A stretch of DNA of 64,000 nucleotides from Heterodontus francisci (Eukaryota): the NCBI RefSeq assembly GCF_036365525.1, contig NC_090388.1:61021189-61085188 (forward strand). The letters run 5' to 3'. This document shows positions 1 to 13,000 of this stretch, one piece after another (the stretch's first letter is position 1; every line of letters begins with the position of its first letter). The translations under genes were made by a program, and so were the position numbers. The notes beneath the pieces are model-generated. The model was given only the letters and a program-made list of their open reading frames with translations. It was not told where the DNA came from and did not search any database.

Positions 1-1074
1 AACAGTAAGATAGTTAGGAGCAGATGGGAGGGACAAACAGTAATGACTCACCACCACTCCATATTCACAGTAAATGCTCAATAGGGGAGGGAGAACATAC
101 ATGGAGGAAAAGAAAGGTTTTGTTTTGTATATTTCTCCCTCAGTATTCTGCATGTATAACAAGAACCTACTGGCACTATCATGAACTTTTCTGAAATAAA
201 CAGCAAGAATTACTATCTTCTGTTTTTTCAATTTTTCTTTTCAATATTTTAGTTTATACATAGAAATAATGGTCTTCCTCAGAGAGTATTCTAGTTTATT
301 GAGCACAGTAATATCGGGAGAACAATTTATGTACAGTGGAAGCCCCATTATCTACATTTCATACCAGCCTCTCCTATTCACCACCAGCATATTCATGGGA
401 CTAAGGCTTGTGTTGCATGTCGCTTTATCATACAGCACACTAATATCTTGTATTTGTTATTTGAATTTAATCTGCTTTTCTCAAATAAAACTACATAGCA
501 CTGTTATTTTTCATTCCCATAACTAGGCTATTCTATATGACATATGCAAGACCAAGATTTGAGGACACACAATTAACTGCCAATTTCTCTTGTCCATCAG
601 GAGCAGGATGGGAGAAGACGGAGAGAAATATCCTTTCCATTCTAATTGTAGCTGAGGAACTTGGATTAATGACTATCTCCACTGATGTTGGAGCAGTAAA
701 TACCTGCTGATATCATTGGGTGTCCTTTCTTGGAGTTACTAAATCTGCCAGTGGTGAAGGCAATGAACTTAGCAGCAGTACAGACCATAATCATTAACGA
801 GAGGTGCTTCAGTTCCCCGATCAGTACAAAATTCAGTACTTCTAATGATCTCAACTGTAGTCGCAGTTTAAAGTGCCAGTTTCATCATCAGGATCTCCAG
901 CAGAATTATGTTTAGGAATTGAATTGATATTAACATAGATAGCCATTAAGCCTGGACATTTCAATGATTGTCTTATTACGAATGCTAACTTCGCTCCTTC
1001 ACCTAACAGCATCAGCAACTCCTTGAATAGCATATTCATGCTATGGAGTTGCACAAGAGCAATGCATCCACCAA

Positions 1075-1395
1075 TGGCCTAATCTGTCAAACATGAAGAT
1101 CCCAGGTTTGATCCCCAATTTGTGCTGTGTTCACTGATACTAACAGGACATTTGTTTGAATATTAGAATAGGCTTCATATTTCTGCACTAGTGAGGGAAC
1201 AGAATTAGTCAAGGCACCCACTTCTAATGTGCATCTAGTGACCTTGGCTGGAAATTGTGCATGCAATCCTCAGAATGGGGACAGATCAGATTCGGCTGTG
1301 ATTCAGTCCAAGTCCGAATGGCCCACTGACATTCACCATCCAGACTCAAATTCAAGGTCTGGCAACTTGGGCATGGTACTAGAGGGTTACCAATT
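1075..1395 (+). mobile_element. Decayed ancient SINE (LF-SINE-like); boundaries approximate
   Basis: B-box-like aagatcccaggtttgatcccc, followed by a body ending cttgggcatggtactagagggttacc. Recognised by resemblance only. Confidence 0.4.
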
Positions 1396-1753
1396 TCAGA
1401 GGAACTACAGTCCAACAAAAGTAAGCACCTTCAGGACAGGAGAGCAGATTTGAGGGGGTGAATGAGGGAAAATAAAGCAAAAGCACAAAATGGCTCAGTG
1501 CCCAGTTTCATGGTGCTATTGGTGAAACACTCCGTTTATACAGTGAATGAGTTTTATCAACTGCAGGGAGATGTCATCTGTGGCTGCACATCAGCTTCCT
1601 ACAATCTATTTTTAAAAAATGGTTATTTAAGCTTCCCTCCTCTCAAGAGATACCACTGCAATTCTAAACCACAGACATATGTGTAACTGATCTAATGCTG
1701 ATCTTTGTAAATGACATACAGAGCATTACAAGAATACTTTTTTCAATACTCAC

Positions 1754-1857
1754 CATGTTAAGAAAACACATCAAGTACTTCACAACGATGTAATTGTGTT
1801 CTGGAACTTTCTGCATTATTTGCTTGCATCGAGTTACTCGCAGGCTGCTTTCAACGG
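1754..1857 (-). CDS. ARHGAP8: ARHGAP8 exon (104 nt): [34 protein letters not shown]; last exon lies outside the window
   Basis: TAG acceptor, ATG|GTGAGT donor; VESSLRVT and PEHNY are ARHGAP8-like. Confidence 0.93.
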
Positions 1858-1949
1858 CTAGGATTAATTAAAAGTGTATGAATCAGTTAGATCTTAAACC
1901 AACTGCATAACAACTGTAACAGGCACTTTGTTGGCTAGTGGCAAAGCAT

Positions 1950-2766
1950 GTCCATGGCTCCACTGGGGAACAGGTCTTGTTCCAGAAGGCTGCAGATATC
2001 AGCAGTGACCTGCTGTGACAGCCTGAGCTTCCGGAGGCACTGGTGCTTAGACATGTTGAGAGTTGATCCTCTGCCTGTAGACCTTGTGTTGGGGGTCTCG
2101 CCTCCTTCCAGCTAGATCTCTGCATCCATCCCATCTGCACTGTGGAGGTACAGGTGGTTAAGGAGAAAGCAGCTGGTGCTGCTGCTGGTGGCAGTGGTGT
2201 GGCCTCTGCTCTTGCCTCTCGAAGGTGTAAGGTGGAGCTGCATAAGCTGCTCCCATGCCGCAAAAGGTCAGCCGCAGGGAAGTGCAGCTAAAAGGTGAGT
2301 GAAGTGCTAGACAGGTGAACTGACTTCCAATAAGTTGGCAATCACCTGTCAAGCAGTGAAAGCACTCTCAGAGAAGTAATACTATGAACAGCTGTCTCGC
2401 AATGGCCATTGGCTGGAGCTCTTCAGTGTAACTGATCAAAGCCTGCACAGCTTGTCAGTTTCACTGAAGAAGCTCTTTTCACTGTGCACTCACCTCGGTG
2501 ACCCTGTTAACCCTGCAGTTGGGAAACAGGTTCCCTAGCTGGGAAATCTAGAAATAAGGGTTAAAGCAGATCTTAATTGGCTTTTTAATTACCCTAATAA
2601 TTTAACCAACAGATTTAAAGGGGTTCCCTTCTGGCCTTCAATCCCACCCTGCAGAAACCTGGAAGAGGACAGAATGATGTCAGGACCCTGAGCCGACAAC
2701 AATTTCAGGGGATTTAATGCCCCCCACACGCACAAACCCGCCTCCCCTTGCCTGGAAAAATTCCCC
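1950..2766 (-). mobile_element. PIF/Harbinger transposon 5' fragment with a degenerate HARBI1-like N-terminus
   Basis: Minus strand gives PQHKVYRQRIN / NMSKHQCLRKLRLSQQVTADICSLLEQDLFP across a frameshift. A ggggaattttt TIR-like end sits near 2766. Confidence 0.6.
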
Positions 2767-2910
2767 GACTGTCTTTTGTAACACACATACCATCTTTGAT
2801 TTTGTACCTTTCTGAGCACAGCAAAGCTCTTCGCACCTATCCCCAGACATTCTCCTCAAATGTGCTTCTGGCATACTCGTTATGAAAATGCAACAATATT
2901 TTATTCTCAC

Positions 2911-3247
2911 CAGCACGCACAGTGGCGCAGTGGTTAGCACAGCAGCCTCACAGCTCCAACAACCCGGGTTCAGTTCTGGGTACTGCCTGTGCGGAGTTTG
3001 CAAGTTCTCCCTGTGACCGCGTGGGTTTCCGCCGGGTGCTCCCGTTTCCTCCCACAGCCAAAGACTTGCAGGTTGATAGGTAAATTGGCCATTGTAAATT
3101 GTCCCTAGTATAGGTAGGAGAATGGTGGGGATGTGGTAGGGAATATGGGATTAATGTAGGATCAGTATAAATGGGTGGTTGTTGGTCCGCACAGACTCGG
3201 TGGGCCGAAGGGCCTGTTTCAGTGCTGTATCTCTCTATGACTATGAC
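2911..3247 (+). mobile_element. HE1-type (V-SINE) tRNA-derived SINE
   Basis: A-box tggcgcagtggtt, B-box ggttcagttc, V-domain, CR1-like tail gggccgaagggcctgtttc, (ctatga)n end. Near-identical to four other copies in the window. Confidence 0.88.
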
Positions 3248-3784
3248 TTTAGTAAGACAAATTTCTTATTTACTGACTGACATTAACAAATCTCATTATA
3301 GCCCATTCAACATAAAGTTATTGTTACAATTTAAAAACAAATGAAAATTCTGGCAAATATCTGCAGCACTGAATTTTTTAATTAAAAAGGATGCCACAGC
3401 CAGCACCATAGATAATATACCCCTGCGGCCATCAATTTCATTATAGAGCAACTTTGGAGGAGACATCATGATGACATTTATTTAAGAAAATCTGGATCAG
3501 GGAGGGAACGCAAAAATTGGATCCCTGAATCAGGCCAGCAGTTTTTGCATTTTAAAGGGAGCATTCTCTTCAATAACCACTGCAGAATATACCATTTATC
3601 CCCATAATTTACCAATTTTCAGTCAAATTGCCTTTTTATTGTCCTGTCCAGTATTTTTCTTGTTTGTTGCCTTTCCCCTCTCCTTGGAGGCATCAGGATC
3701 CTTCCAGTATCTCACTTAGGGAGCTGTCCTTTGTTTGAGCCCAGACCATGATTACTGACATGCTAGTGAAGCACTGGGGCATTA

Positions 3785-4554
3785 GAGGCTGCATTTTACA
3801 TTCCCGCCGCTGATTTAAACAATGGCAGCCCGCCTCTGCGGGCCGCACGTTGCGGAGCTGCCACAATCCTAAGCGTGGCGGCTCATTTAAATAGCCAGGG
3901 CGGGCAGTCCACCCCCAGCAATGGCATCAGCTGCCTACGTGCAGGCGCTGATGCCATTTTTAAAGGGCTTCGCGTCCTACTGTTCAATTTAAATATTTAA
4001 AGATACATTTAATAAAAAAAATACATTTATTTTGCTCCTCTCCCACCAAGAACCATAAAATTACTTGCCCTCTCCCGCCCCAAACCACTTACCTTGACCA
4101 CCTAACCTCCCCCCACCCCTCCAAAGTGTGCATAAACTTTAACCTAAAACCCTTCCCACCTTCGCCTGCACCAATGATTTTCTTTGACCCCGTTTCCCCC
4201 CTCCACCGCCTGCACTGAGAAACTTACCTCCTCCCCACTCGTGTTCTGCCTCGTTTCCCCGGACAGGGATCCGAAGGTGCAGGAATGCCGGCCAGCAGCA
4301 TGAATATAGTGGTGGGACGGAAGGCGGGAACGCAAGTATAATTAATTAATTTTAAAATTTATTTCCATGACGGTCCCATCGCCGAGCGGTAGGGGGGCCG
4401 CCATCAGCAATATCAGGCCGGGCCCTCCCAGGATTGGGGTGTGGGGTGGCACTCTCCCGCAGGCATTTTCTGACCCCCCCACCCCACCCCAACCACGACA
4501 CTCGACGTTGGGGGTGGGGGGGGGGGGGGGGGGGGATCTGTAAAATTCAGCTCC
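3785..4554. mobile_element. Non-autonomous TIR element (Harbinger-type MITE)
   Basis: Termini gaggctgcattttac ... gtaaaattcagctcc form imperfect inverted repeats; no coding capacity. Confidence 0.65.
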
Positions 4555-6429
4555 ATATCTTAACCCAATAAATGCACATGTGGACTTTGTCAGAGTAAAG
4601 GTCGAGAAGTTATTTTGCCCCTTCTGAACTCAGGGATATTGGAGTTCAAATATTGTCTTACCATTGTGCTAGCTGAGCTCATCAAACCCTCCTGCATTAA
4701 CAGATTGAGATAAAATTTCTAATTACCCGAGGCAAAATTCCCAAAAATAAACACCTAGACAAAAATACTTTTTGCAGATTAGGAATGTAGAAAAGAAACA
4801 AACTTTAAATCTAGAATTGCTCAAACTAGATCTAAAGAATTAGGCAAATGTACAGAGAATTTCAGGATAGTATTGGCCAGGAGTACCATGAATTTGTCAG
4901 ACAAAACTTGAATGTGCATTTTCTAAGGCAAAAGGACTTTAACAACAATTTATGTGCAACAGTCGACATGAAATCATCTGCACCTGCAGTCTAAATATAT
5001 TTTGCCAGTGTTCCCTTGCTATGATTCTACAGAATGTTAATGTTTAAACAAGTGCACATAACAAGTGCAACATCCTACAAGCAAAATGTAAATGTGTCAC
5101 TGGCTTAAGTTAGCAGCTATATCCAGGGCTGGGAGATGATCCATATTTCATAAGCACCAGGCAAAGAGAAAAGGCTAATGGTTAAATTGCTTTTTACATT
5201 TGACCAGACCTCAGTTTATCTTCTGAACTGGCATGTCTTTCTGGAGGCTTGAGCACAACTCCAATGATGAACAGGTAGGTTCATGCCAGCAAGAATCTAT
5301 GAACATTGTAATTTAGAACTTGTTTTTTGGATTGTCTCATAGCAGAGTAAGCCCATTCTGCTCCACTTTACCGGAAAAAAGACTCCTCTTTTCTCTCCCT
5401 CATCAAGGAAAAATATCTTGCAACAAACACTCACCTACAGGACTTGCCATTGGAACTGTGAACATCTACTACAGAGATTCTGTGTAAAGCAGACAAAAAG
5501 CATCATGGAAATACTTACTGTAACTTTTTAATTGTCACCCCAATTTATTCGCTACCGCTCCTGAAGGCAGAGCCTCACCCAAGGATACAGTTCCACAGGC
5601 AATGTCAGCCCTTCAGTGCTCCTTTTATGTCACCATCTCTCACTCTGGGGCGGGGGCATGGGGGGAGGGCTGTTCCATAGGGGCTCCTCCAATGTAAACA
5701 CATCTCACGTGTGAGCCTAGAGAATGTGTACTGGCAGGCTATGTGATTGTGACGACATCGCTGTCAAGCCCAGTTTGGCCCCCAACTGACACACAAACCT
5801 TTCTCAAAGTGGTCACGTGATAGTAAACAGAAGCAAGAATCCCAGCCAATTTTCTCCTCTTTAGCCCACTGTGGCACCCTTCACTGCAGTGCAAGCTACT
5901 AGTGGAAAATGTAATGCAGGGCAGGAATTGAAACTGGGTCATTTCTGGTCTGTATACCCTAGTAGGCAATGTAAGTAAGTGCATGCCATCCATCAGAGGA
6001 GCTTCGAGATTTTAAAACAGTTGAAATATAGCAATGTAATAAAAACAACACAAGCAAAAGAACTGCATTTTCTAATATTGATCAAACCTTCAAAATCAAT
6101 TCATTGAGAGAAAACAAAATACGCGTAAACCCTCTTAGTTCAAATCTCTGATACCCCTTACACTTTCAGCTTTTTCATATCCATCATAAAAAGTCACAGA
6201 ACATACTTAAAAGTACATTTGAAGCCAGTCACATACATTATGGATTCAACAGTAATTGGTACATCAAGGAATTACAATGCTTTGGTTTGTTGAGTGCTGT
6301 AAAAATACTGAGCTATTGCAACTACCAACAGCTATGATCCTTGATTTATGCCAAGTTAGCTGATCTCAGCCGAGGTAAAAGTGAGGGTTCTACGGCTGGC
6401 ATCAATGACTCGGTGCGGGTTTATAAAAT

Positions 6430-7580
6430 CAAAGTGATTCCTGACAACGCAGCGGCCCGCTGACGTCATCAGCATGCGCCAAGCTGCGCAACTACATCTT
6501 GCCAGGACTAAGTGACGTGTGCGTGGGATGATGTCATCGCGTATCCACATCTGGTCCATCTTTGCACATGCGCGATAAAGCGTCATTGGGTATCCAGCCC
6601 CCCCACTCGGCTGGAGGAAGCAGCTGAATGGGAGACTGAGGCTGGAGTCCGATCCCCGTTACTTGCTCCTGCCCCATTAGCCGCTCTCCTCCCCTTGGCA
6701 ACTTGCTCCAGGCCTCAACGCTTCCTCCTCTCAGTTGCTTGCTCCAGACCTTGCTGCTCCTCCCCACTCTCCGGCCGCTCACTCCCCGCTTCCCCACCAC
6801 CACCACCACCACCCCCTCCAGCCGCTAACTCTAGGCCGTGCCACTTCCCTCCTCTCGGCCACTCGCTCCTACGTCCCCCCTTGTGGCCTGCCTTGTTTCT
6901 TCGGGTGGCACATGGAGACTGATCAAATGTAGGAGCAAGTGGGCGAGAGGAGGAAAGCGGCGCGGCCTGGAGCTAGCAGCTGGAGCAGCGGCTGGGGCGG
7001 GGGGGTGGGGGGTTGCGGGGAGCGAGTGAGTGACCGGAGAACTGGGTGACGATAACAGGGAACAATCGGCCAGTGGGGTGGGCAGCGGCGAGGTCTGGAG
7101 CAAGCAGCTAGGGGCAGGGGTGGGGGGAGAGCAGCCGGTGGGGCAGGAGCTCGTAGCTGCATTCGGGTGAAAATCAGTCCTGGTCAGTCATATAAACGAT
7201 TCACAATAACAAATTGGCAGCACATTTACTACTCTGCCCGATTTTCTTTTCCATTCATTGGGGGTGACAATTCACTATCATAAAATTCCCTTTGCATTTA
7301 ATAGGGTTACTGGAATATTAAATGGATCCGAGGATTACAGTTAATATCCTAAAACCACGTAGTAGCATATTACTGGGCTTCCATCCAATCTAATGTAAGG
7401 TTAGTTTGCTAGAACGATCTAGCCATAAGCATTTCCTGCGATAAATTGAGCAGGGCCATCTTTAATCCTGGCAGCTGCCCGAACGTCGCAGACACTGATG
7501 TTCCAGTTGAACAGCCTGCATTTGTGCGTGTGCAAGAACTGCTCCACCTAGCGTTGCGTTGTCAGCAAATGCAGCCTTAC
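6430..7580. repeat. Unclassified ~1.15-kb interspersed element, copy 1, with internal palindrome
   Basis: Colinear with 60552-61703, with shared ends caaagtga...gcagcct(t)ac. Flanked by aaaat on both sides. Confidence 0.85.
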
Positions 7581-8222
7581 AAAATTCTCTCCCCTAACGT
7601 AGTTCTCTCACCAATTGGTAATGTCTCTGTAGTACAGGAATTGCAACACTGAAACCTACAAAATGATAATGAGATTCCCTCAGCCCCCTCACCCTTACAC
7701 AGATGCTAAGCAATCTGCTGTGCCTCATCCAAATATTCATTCTCCAAGTACGAATCTAGACAGCAGCTGCAGGTCCAGCACACGTCAGATTGTACTGGTG
7801 ACTACGCTCCGCTCCTCACTGCCTTAAACATGTGGGTTACGAGGGAAATCATTAGTTTTTTCCTTGAGGTAGATGAAAGCAGCAAAACTTGTACCAGAAA
7901 TGTAAGTTTCATTATCTTGGCCTGAGTCCTGACTTTTCAAGACAATATTCTGGTTACACATCAGCTGAGTTGACTAGGTCATACTAGCTCTAGACTCCAG
8001 TACCAGCAGATGCCTGCAAACAATGAATGTCACATTATCCACATGCATTCATGATGTTGCTCCATACCTAAGGAAATGGAGTGCCCAGTGTACAAGGCTA
8101 AGTTGGACTTGCTGGCATGCCACACAATTAGATAAATATTAAATGATGGTATTAATGCATATTATAAGATGCTATGTTGATATCTACTGCCCTGCCATTG
8201 GTGGGTGGGTTTAGATATACAC

Positions 8223-11195
8223 TGGAAATTCCCAAACTGTGCTACTTGAGGCATCTCTGTGCAGGCTGGCGGGCACGGATATGCAGAAGAAATTGTCTAA
8301 AGGATGGATTTTATTTGGTATTTATTTCATGTATTTTTAGAATGGTCTTCTCAAAGTTCTAGAACTCTGTGGGAATTTGTTACATAAAAGTAGTCAATTT
8401 ACTTCAAGGTGTACCAGGTACACAGAAACAATGACATTCACAGCCTTCACCTACAGCAACTGTCCAGCCTAACTAAGCTCAGAACTAAGCCAGCTTTTCT
8501 TTTTGGTTGTATCCATTCCACTATATCTGCCGGCCAATATCAACTATCACCAGTAACCTGTCTCTAGATGCAAAAATCAACAAGCGCATGGGTAAGGCAT
8601 CCACTGCTATGTCCAGACTGGCCAAGAGAGTGTGGGAAAATGGCGCACTGACACGGAACACAAAAGTCCGAGTGTATCAGGCCTGTGTCCTCAGTACCTT
8701 GCTCTATGGCAGCGAGGCCTGGACAACGTATGCCAGCCAAGAGCGATGTCTCAATTCATTCCATCTTCGCTGCCTCCGGAGAATACTTGGCATCAGGTGG
8801 CAGGACTATATCTCCAACACAGAAGTCCTTGAAGCGGCCAACACCCCCAGCTTATACACACTACTGAGTCAGCGGCACCTGAGATGGCTTGGCCATGTGA
8901 GCCGCATGGAAGATGGCAGGATCCCCAAAGACACATTGTACAGCGAGCTCGCCACTGGTATCAGACCCACCGGCCGTCCATGTCTCCACTATAAAGACGT
9001 CTGCAAACGCGACATGAAATCGTGTGACATTGATCACAAGTCGTGGGAGTCAGTTGCCAGCATTCGCCAGAGCTGGCGGGCAGCCATAAAGACAGGGCTA
9101 AATTGTGGCGAGTCGAAGCGACTTAGTAGTTGGCAGGAAAAAAGACAGAGGCGCAAGGGGAGAGTCAACTGTGCAACAGCCCCGACAAACAAATTTCTCT
9201 GCAGCACCTGTGGAAGAGTCTGTCACTCCAGAATTGGCCTTTATAGCCACTCCAGGCGCTGCTTCACAAACCACTGACCACCTCCAGGCGCGTATCCATT
9301 GTCTCTCGAGACAAGGAGGCCCAAAAGGATATCTGCCGGCAGCTAACAACGAAAGATGGACAGATGGCTAAAGACAGTTAGTGTTAAGAACACACAACGC
9401 ATCAGTGATGAGAAGCAAAAGTAATGAAATTTGTCTTGCCAGTACCAGTGCACTTGCTGAAATCGCTAGTGAGACAACTACTGTCTCAACATGCAAATCT
9501 CAGCCTGTGACGCAAAACATTGACACCAGGCACAAAACAGGATCTCTATGACAAAAAGTACATCAAAATGGGGTTTACTTGGACTGGAGAGGTGAATATT
9601 CGTAACTGCAGTTTGTGTTATCTGGTGAAGTCCTATCGAATAACAGCTTAAAACCATCTCTTCTACACAGGCACTTGGAAGCAAGACATGAACAGACATG
9701 GGCAAACCGCCAACATTTTTTTTGTTTTTAAGTGGTCACAGGCACAGCCAATGGCGAGCAACACAGTTTTGCACTCTGCTGCTGTTGATGACAATATTAA
9801 GGCCCTTGAAGCCTCAGTGAGTTTAGAGTTGTGAAGTCAGGAAAGCCTCACACTATAGTAGAGGCACTAATACTACCTGCAGCTATAGACATGGCAAGCA
9901 CTATGCTTAGACAGCAGGCCCAAAAATTAACTCAATTCGTGCCATCAAACAACAGTGTCACTTTGAATTAATGACATGGAGATGACATCCTAGCTCAATT
10001 GTGAGCCTTTCATTAGTAGTGAGTACTTTGGCCTGCAGCTGGATGAATCCACAGATGTGGCAGGCTTAGCTCATTATCTGGTGTACATGCAGTATATGTA
10101 CGAAGGTGCAATACAGGAGAATATTTTGTTTTGTCGGTCACTGTCAACCAGAACAGCAGCTGAGGAGATCTTCCAGTTGCTCGACAGCTTTGTAAAAGCT
10201 TGACCCTTGAATTCCAAAATATTTTCTACTCTAACGAGTTGGGAAGCAAGCACGTCAATCTATTACACCACAGAGAGTTTGATAGCTGTTACATGGCATG
10301 TTTCTTTGCACTTCACTCCAAGATCAAGTTATCCTTTACATACCACCCATTCCCATACTCTCTCAGTCTGCATGACATAGCCTGGTTCTCACAGCTGGGC
10401 TACTTGTCAGATATATTCTCTCGCCTGAATGAGCTAAATCCAGGGCTTCAAAGGCTAAGTGCAACCACCTCCAATATCCAAGCCAAAACTGAGTCAATGA
10501 TTAAAAAATCTGGAATTCTGGGCTCGCATTGTGGAGGAAAACAAAACTGAAATCTTCCCAAGCATGCATGAATTCCTGAAAACACTGTCATATAAATGCA
10601 GCTAAGTTAACATGAAGCAACATCCCACTGAACTGGTGAGAAGATTACGTGAGTACTTTCCCTCAATGGGAAACACCACAGCTGGATCTGCTACCCCTTC
10701 ACAAATTTTTCTGATGTATCCATGCTGCAGGTCTTGCCTGTAAGAAAACCTCCTGCACAACTCAAGTAATGGTAGACTGTGGGTTGAGTTTCAACAAAAG
10801 CAGTTGATTGAGCTTTGGGTCCAAATGTGAACAGAGTTCCCCAAATTGCCAGACAGGGCTAACAAGGTTTTGATACTGTTACCTACAGCTTACTTTTTCA
10901 AAAGTGGATTTTCACGACTCACTGGAATTAAATCCAAGTTATTGTCAGCGCCTTTAGTATAGAAAACTCACAAATCAAACTATCACCCAAACATTATGCA
11001 CTGATGCTTGAACAATCACATATAATACTATTCAGCCATTGTTTAAGTTGTAGATGTGCACAAGAAGTTGTAGATTTTGTACAATGTTTGGACATTAAAG
11101 GGATTAAAATATTAAACCTGTACGCTGAAAGGAGTACGCAGACAGCTGGTAGATCTGCAAGAGGGTACGTAATAAGTAAAGTTTAGGAACCTCTA
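8223..11195 (+). mobile_element. Decayed hAT (Charlie/Buster-type) DNA transposon with transposase pseudogene from ATG at ~9356
   Basis: Fragments MDRWLK, YDKKYIKMGFTWTG, KSGKPHTIVEALILPAA, FGLQLDESTDVAGLA and LGYLSDIFSRLNELN, broken by stops and frameshifts. TIR relics tggaaattcccaaact (8223-8238) and agtttaggaacctcta (11180-11195). Confidence 0.8.
8535..9328 (+). mobile_element. 5'-truncated RTE-clade LINE (C-terminal region with C2H2 finger)
   Basis: ORF 8507-9277 has KVRVYQACVLSTLLYGSEAW, LRWLGHVSRM and CSTCGRVCHSRIGLYSH. 12-bp TSD atatctgccggc at 8523-8534 and 9329-9340. Confidence 0.92.
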
Positions 11196-11490
11196 ATTTT
11201 CAATATTAAGTAAATATAAGCAACATCACAAACATACAAAGTGCATAGGTTTCTACACAGGCTCGGTATCACACCAGCAAATGGAAGGTGGAGGCAAAAA
11301 TCGGATCGTGCACCAGATTCGTGCTGTTACAGTTTCATAATTCCTAGCAGACGGTTTGCAATAACATCTGCAGACATTAATTGGGTCAATAATGGAGAAA
11401 GGACAGCATCTCCTACCTCAAACTGTGCACTTGAATTAAACACATAAAAAGAGGGCGGGGAAAAAGAAAAAAAATCTAACTTCTACTTAC

Positions 11491-11619
11491 TTCCAATGCT
11501 TTGGACCTGGTCGTAAATGTGAGTGGTTAGAAGTGGCTGTGGAAGCTCCCGGAGGAAAGTTTTCAAGATAACAGCCGGAATATGCTCATCTCCATACTCC
11601 TCAAATTTAATTGGTTTTC
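11491..11619 (-). CDS. ARHGAP8: ARHGAP8 exon (129 nt): [42 protein letters not shown](T)
   Basis: CAG acceptor, A|GTAAGT donor; [14 protein letters not shown] RhoGAP motif. Confidence 0.95.
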
Positions 11620-11982
11620 CTGAAAAAGATGGAATCAAGGATATATCTTTTCTCTCTACAATATATTGATATCAAAAATCTTGCATATAGTGCACACATC
11701 CTGTTTAACCATTCTTAATTACTTCCTCCGTTACGTTTGCCTGTCTGTCCTTACCATATATGTTTATCTTTGCTTCCCATTTAAACATACATTTGGAGTC
11801 CTTCCAGTTGCAAATTTGCTACATTCTCCCAGCTGTTATCTCAAAGAAAGTTGACATTGTATTCCGACTGGCAGTGGGGGTATGCGTCTTCTGGCTTCTT
11901 GCATCACCATCCCTGCTAGAATCATGCTTCCACTGGACCATCCCAACAAGTGCCCTGACCAGACCCTGACAGCATTACTACT

Positions 11983-12780
11983 TTGAGTGTTTTCCACCTA
12001 GCATTGCTACTTCCTCTTGCTGTCTCCACCCCTGGCCCCAGCCCCCCTCAATGCTCATTCCCTCTTGGCTCCTCTCATCAGTCCCAGCTCCTACCCCATG
12101 CCACTGTTGACCTATACCTCAACAAAACCCTCATCATTGTGCTTTACTCAACAACAATCCACACCACTCCCCACAACACCCCCATATTGCTATTCTATTC
12201 TATTGGTCTCAAATATACCATACTCTTGATTCCATACCCCAACAGCCCATTCCGGTCCTACCACACTCTGGGTACAATCTTCAGATCCCACAATTCCTTA
12301 CCTCCTCCATCCACGAATTCTTCTCCCAATGCTCACACTGCAATCTCCCCAATAGTACTGTATCCCAACAGGATACCCCAGCACTACTGTCCCAACAGTG
12401 GCACAACTTGCAACTCCCGTCTTCCCATCACCACATCCCTGCACATTACTTCCAAACCCCACTACTGCAATCCCAGCGCACCCATACCCCAAGATCACAC
12501 TGTTGCCACTCCTCTTCCCCTCACAGCCCTCCAATAACTCCCACTTCTCAGCATCCCAAACACCAGCACCCTTTTGCTATTCCCACACTGAATCCACATT
12601 CCCTTCCACCACTCCGCATCTCAAATTTTCCATGGCTGCACTCTCCTAATGCCTTCTGCTTCTCCCAACCTCGACATACATGTGTTCTCACTACTCCTTC
12701 TCCCACCTTTCTCTGCCTTTTTGTGGACTCTTAACACCTTTTGCTCTTACAACCCTCAGCACTCATCCTTTCTCACCATA
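11983..12780. repeat. C-rich, G-poor low-complexity tract
   Basis: Strong strand skew; its ORFs are P/H/T/S-biased with no recognisable domain. Confidence 0.6.
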
Positions 12781-13000
12781 AATTAATGGTTCTGATAATA
12801 TGTGGGAACATAGGGATTGCAAGATGATTAAAAAAGAATTCATCTAGTTTGCCTTCTACCAACCATCAACAGTTGTGGACTTGGACAACGGTAGTAATTA
12901 ATCCAAATTCAAACTTGTATACCATCACTTGTTAAACTTGATGGTTTTAATGAAGTCTCATTTAATAAATTACATTGTTAAATTTCAATATTTTAATCTG

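Noticed and set aside
2911-2990. tRNA genes at the SINE heads
   Set aside because: A/B boxes continue into SINE body and tail; no complete cloverleaf.
6430-6436. caaagtg end as a Transib/RSS heptamer (CACAGTG)
   Set aside because: One mismatch in 7 nt at a critical position, no matching inverted end, and no nonamer.
6512-7162. Pro/Ala-rich ORFs in the palindromic element
   Set aside because: GC-rich palindrome artefact; the frames are not preserved between the two copies.
9356-10960. Domesticated ZBED/Buster-type gene
   Set aside because: Multiple stops, frameshifts and deletions, and TIR relics remain.
11983-12734. Overlapping P/H/T-rich ORFs (up to 184 aa, signal-peptide-like start)
   Set aside because: G-poor low complexity suppresses stop codons in all frames; TTG start and no domain.
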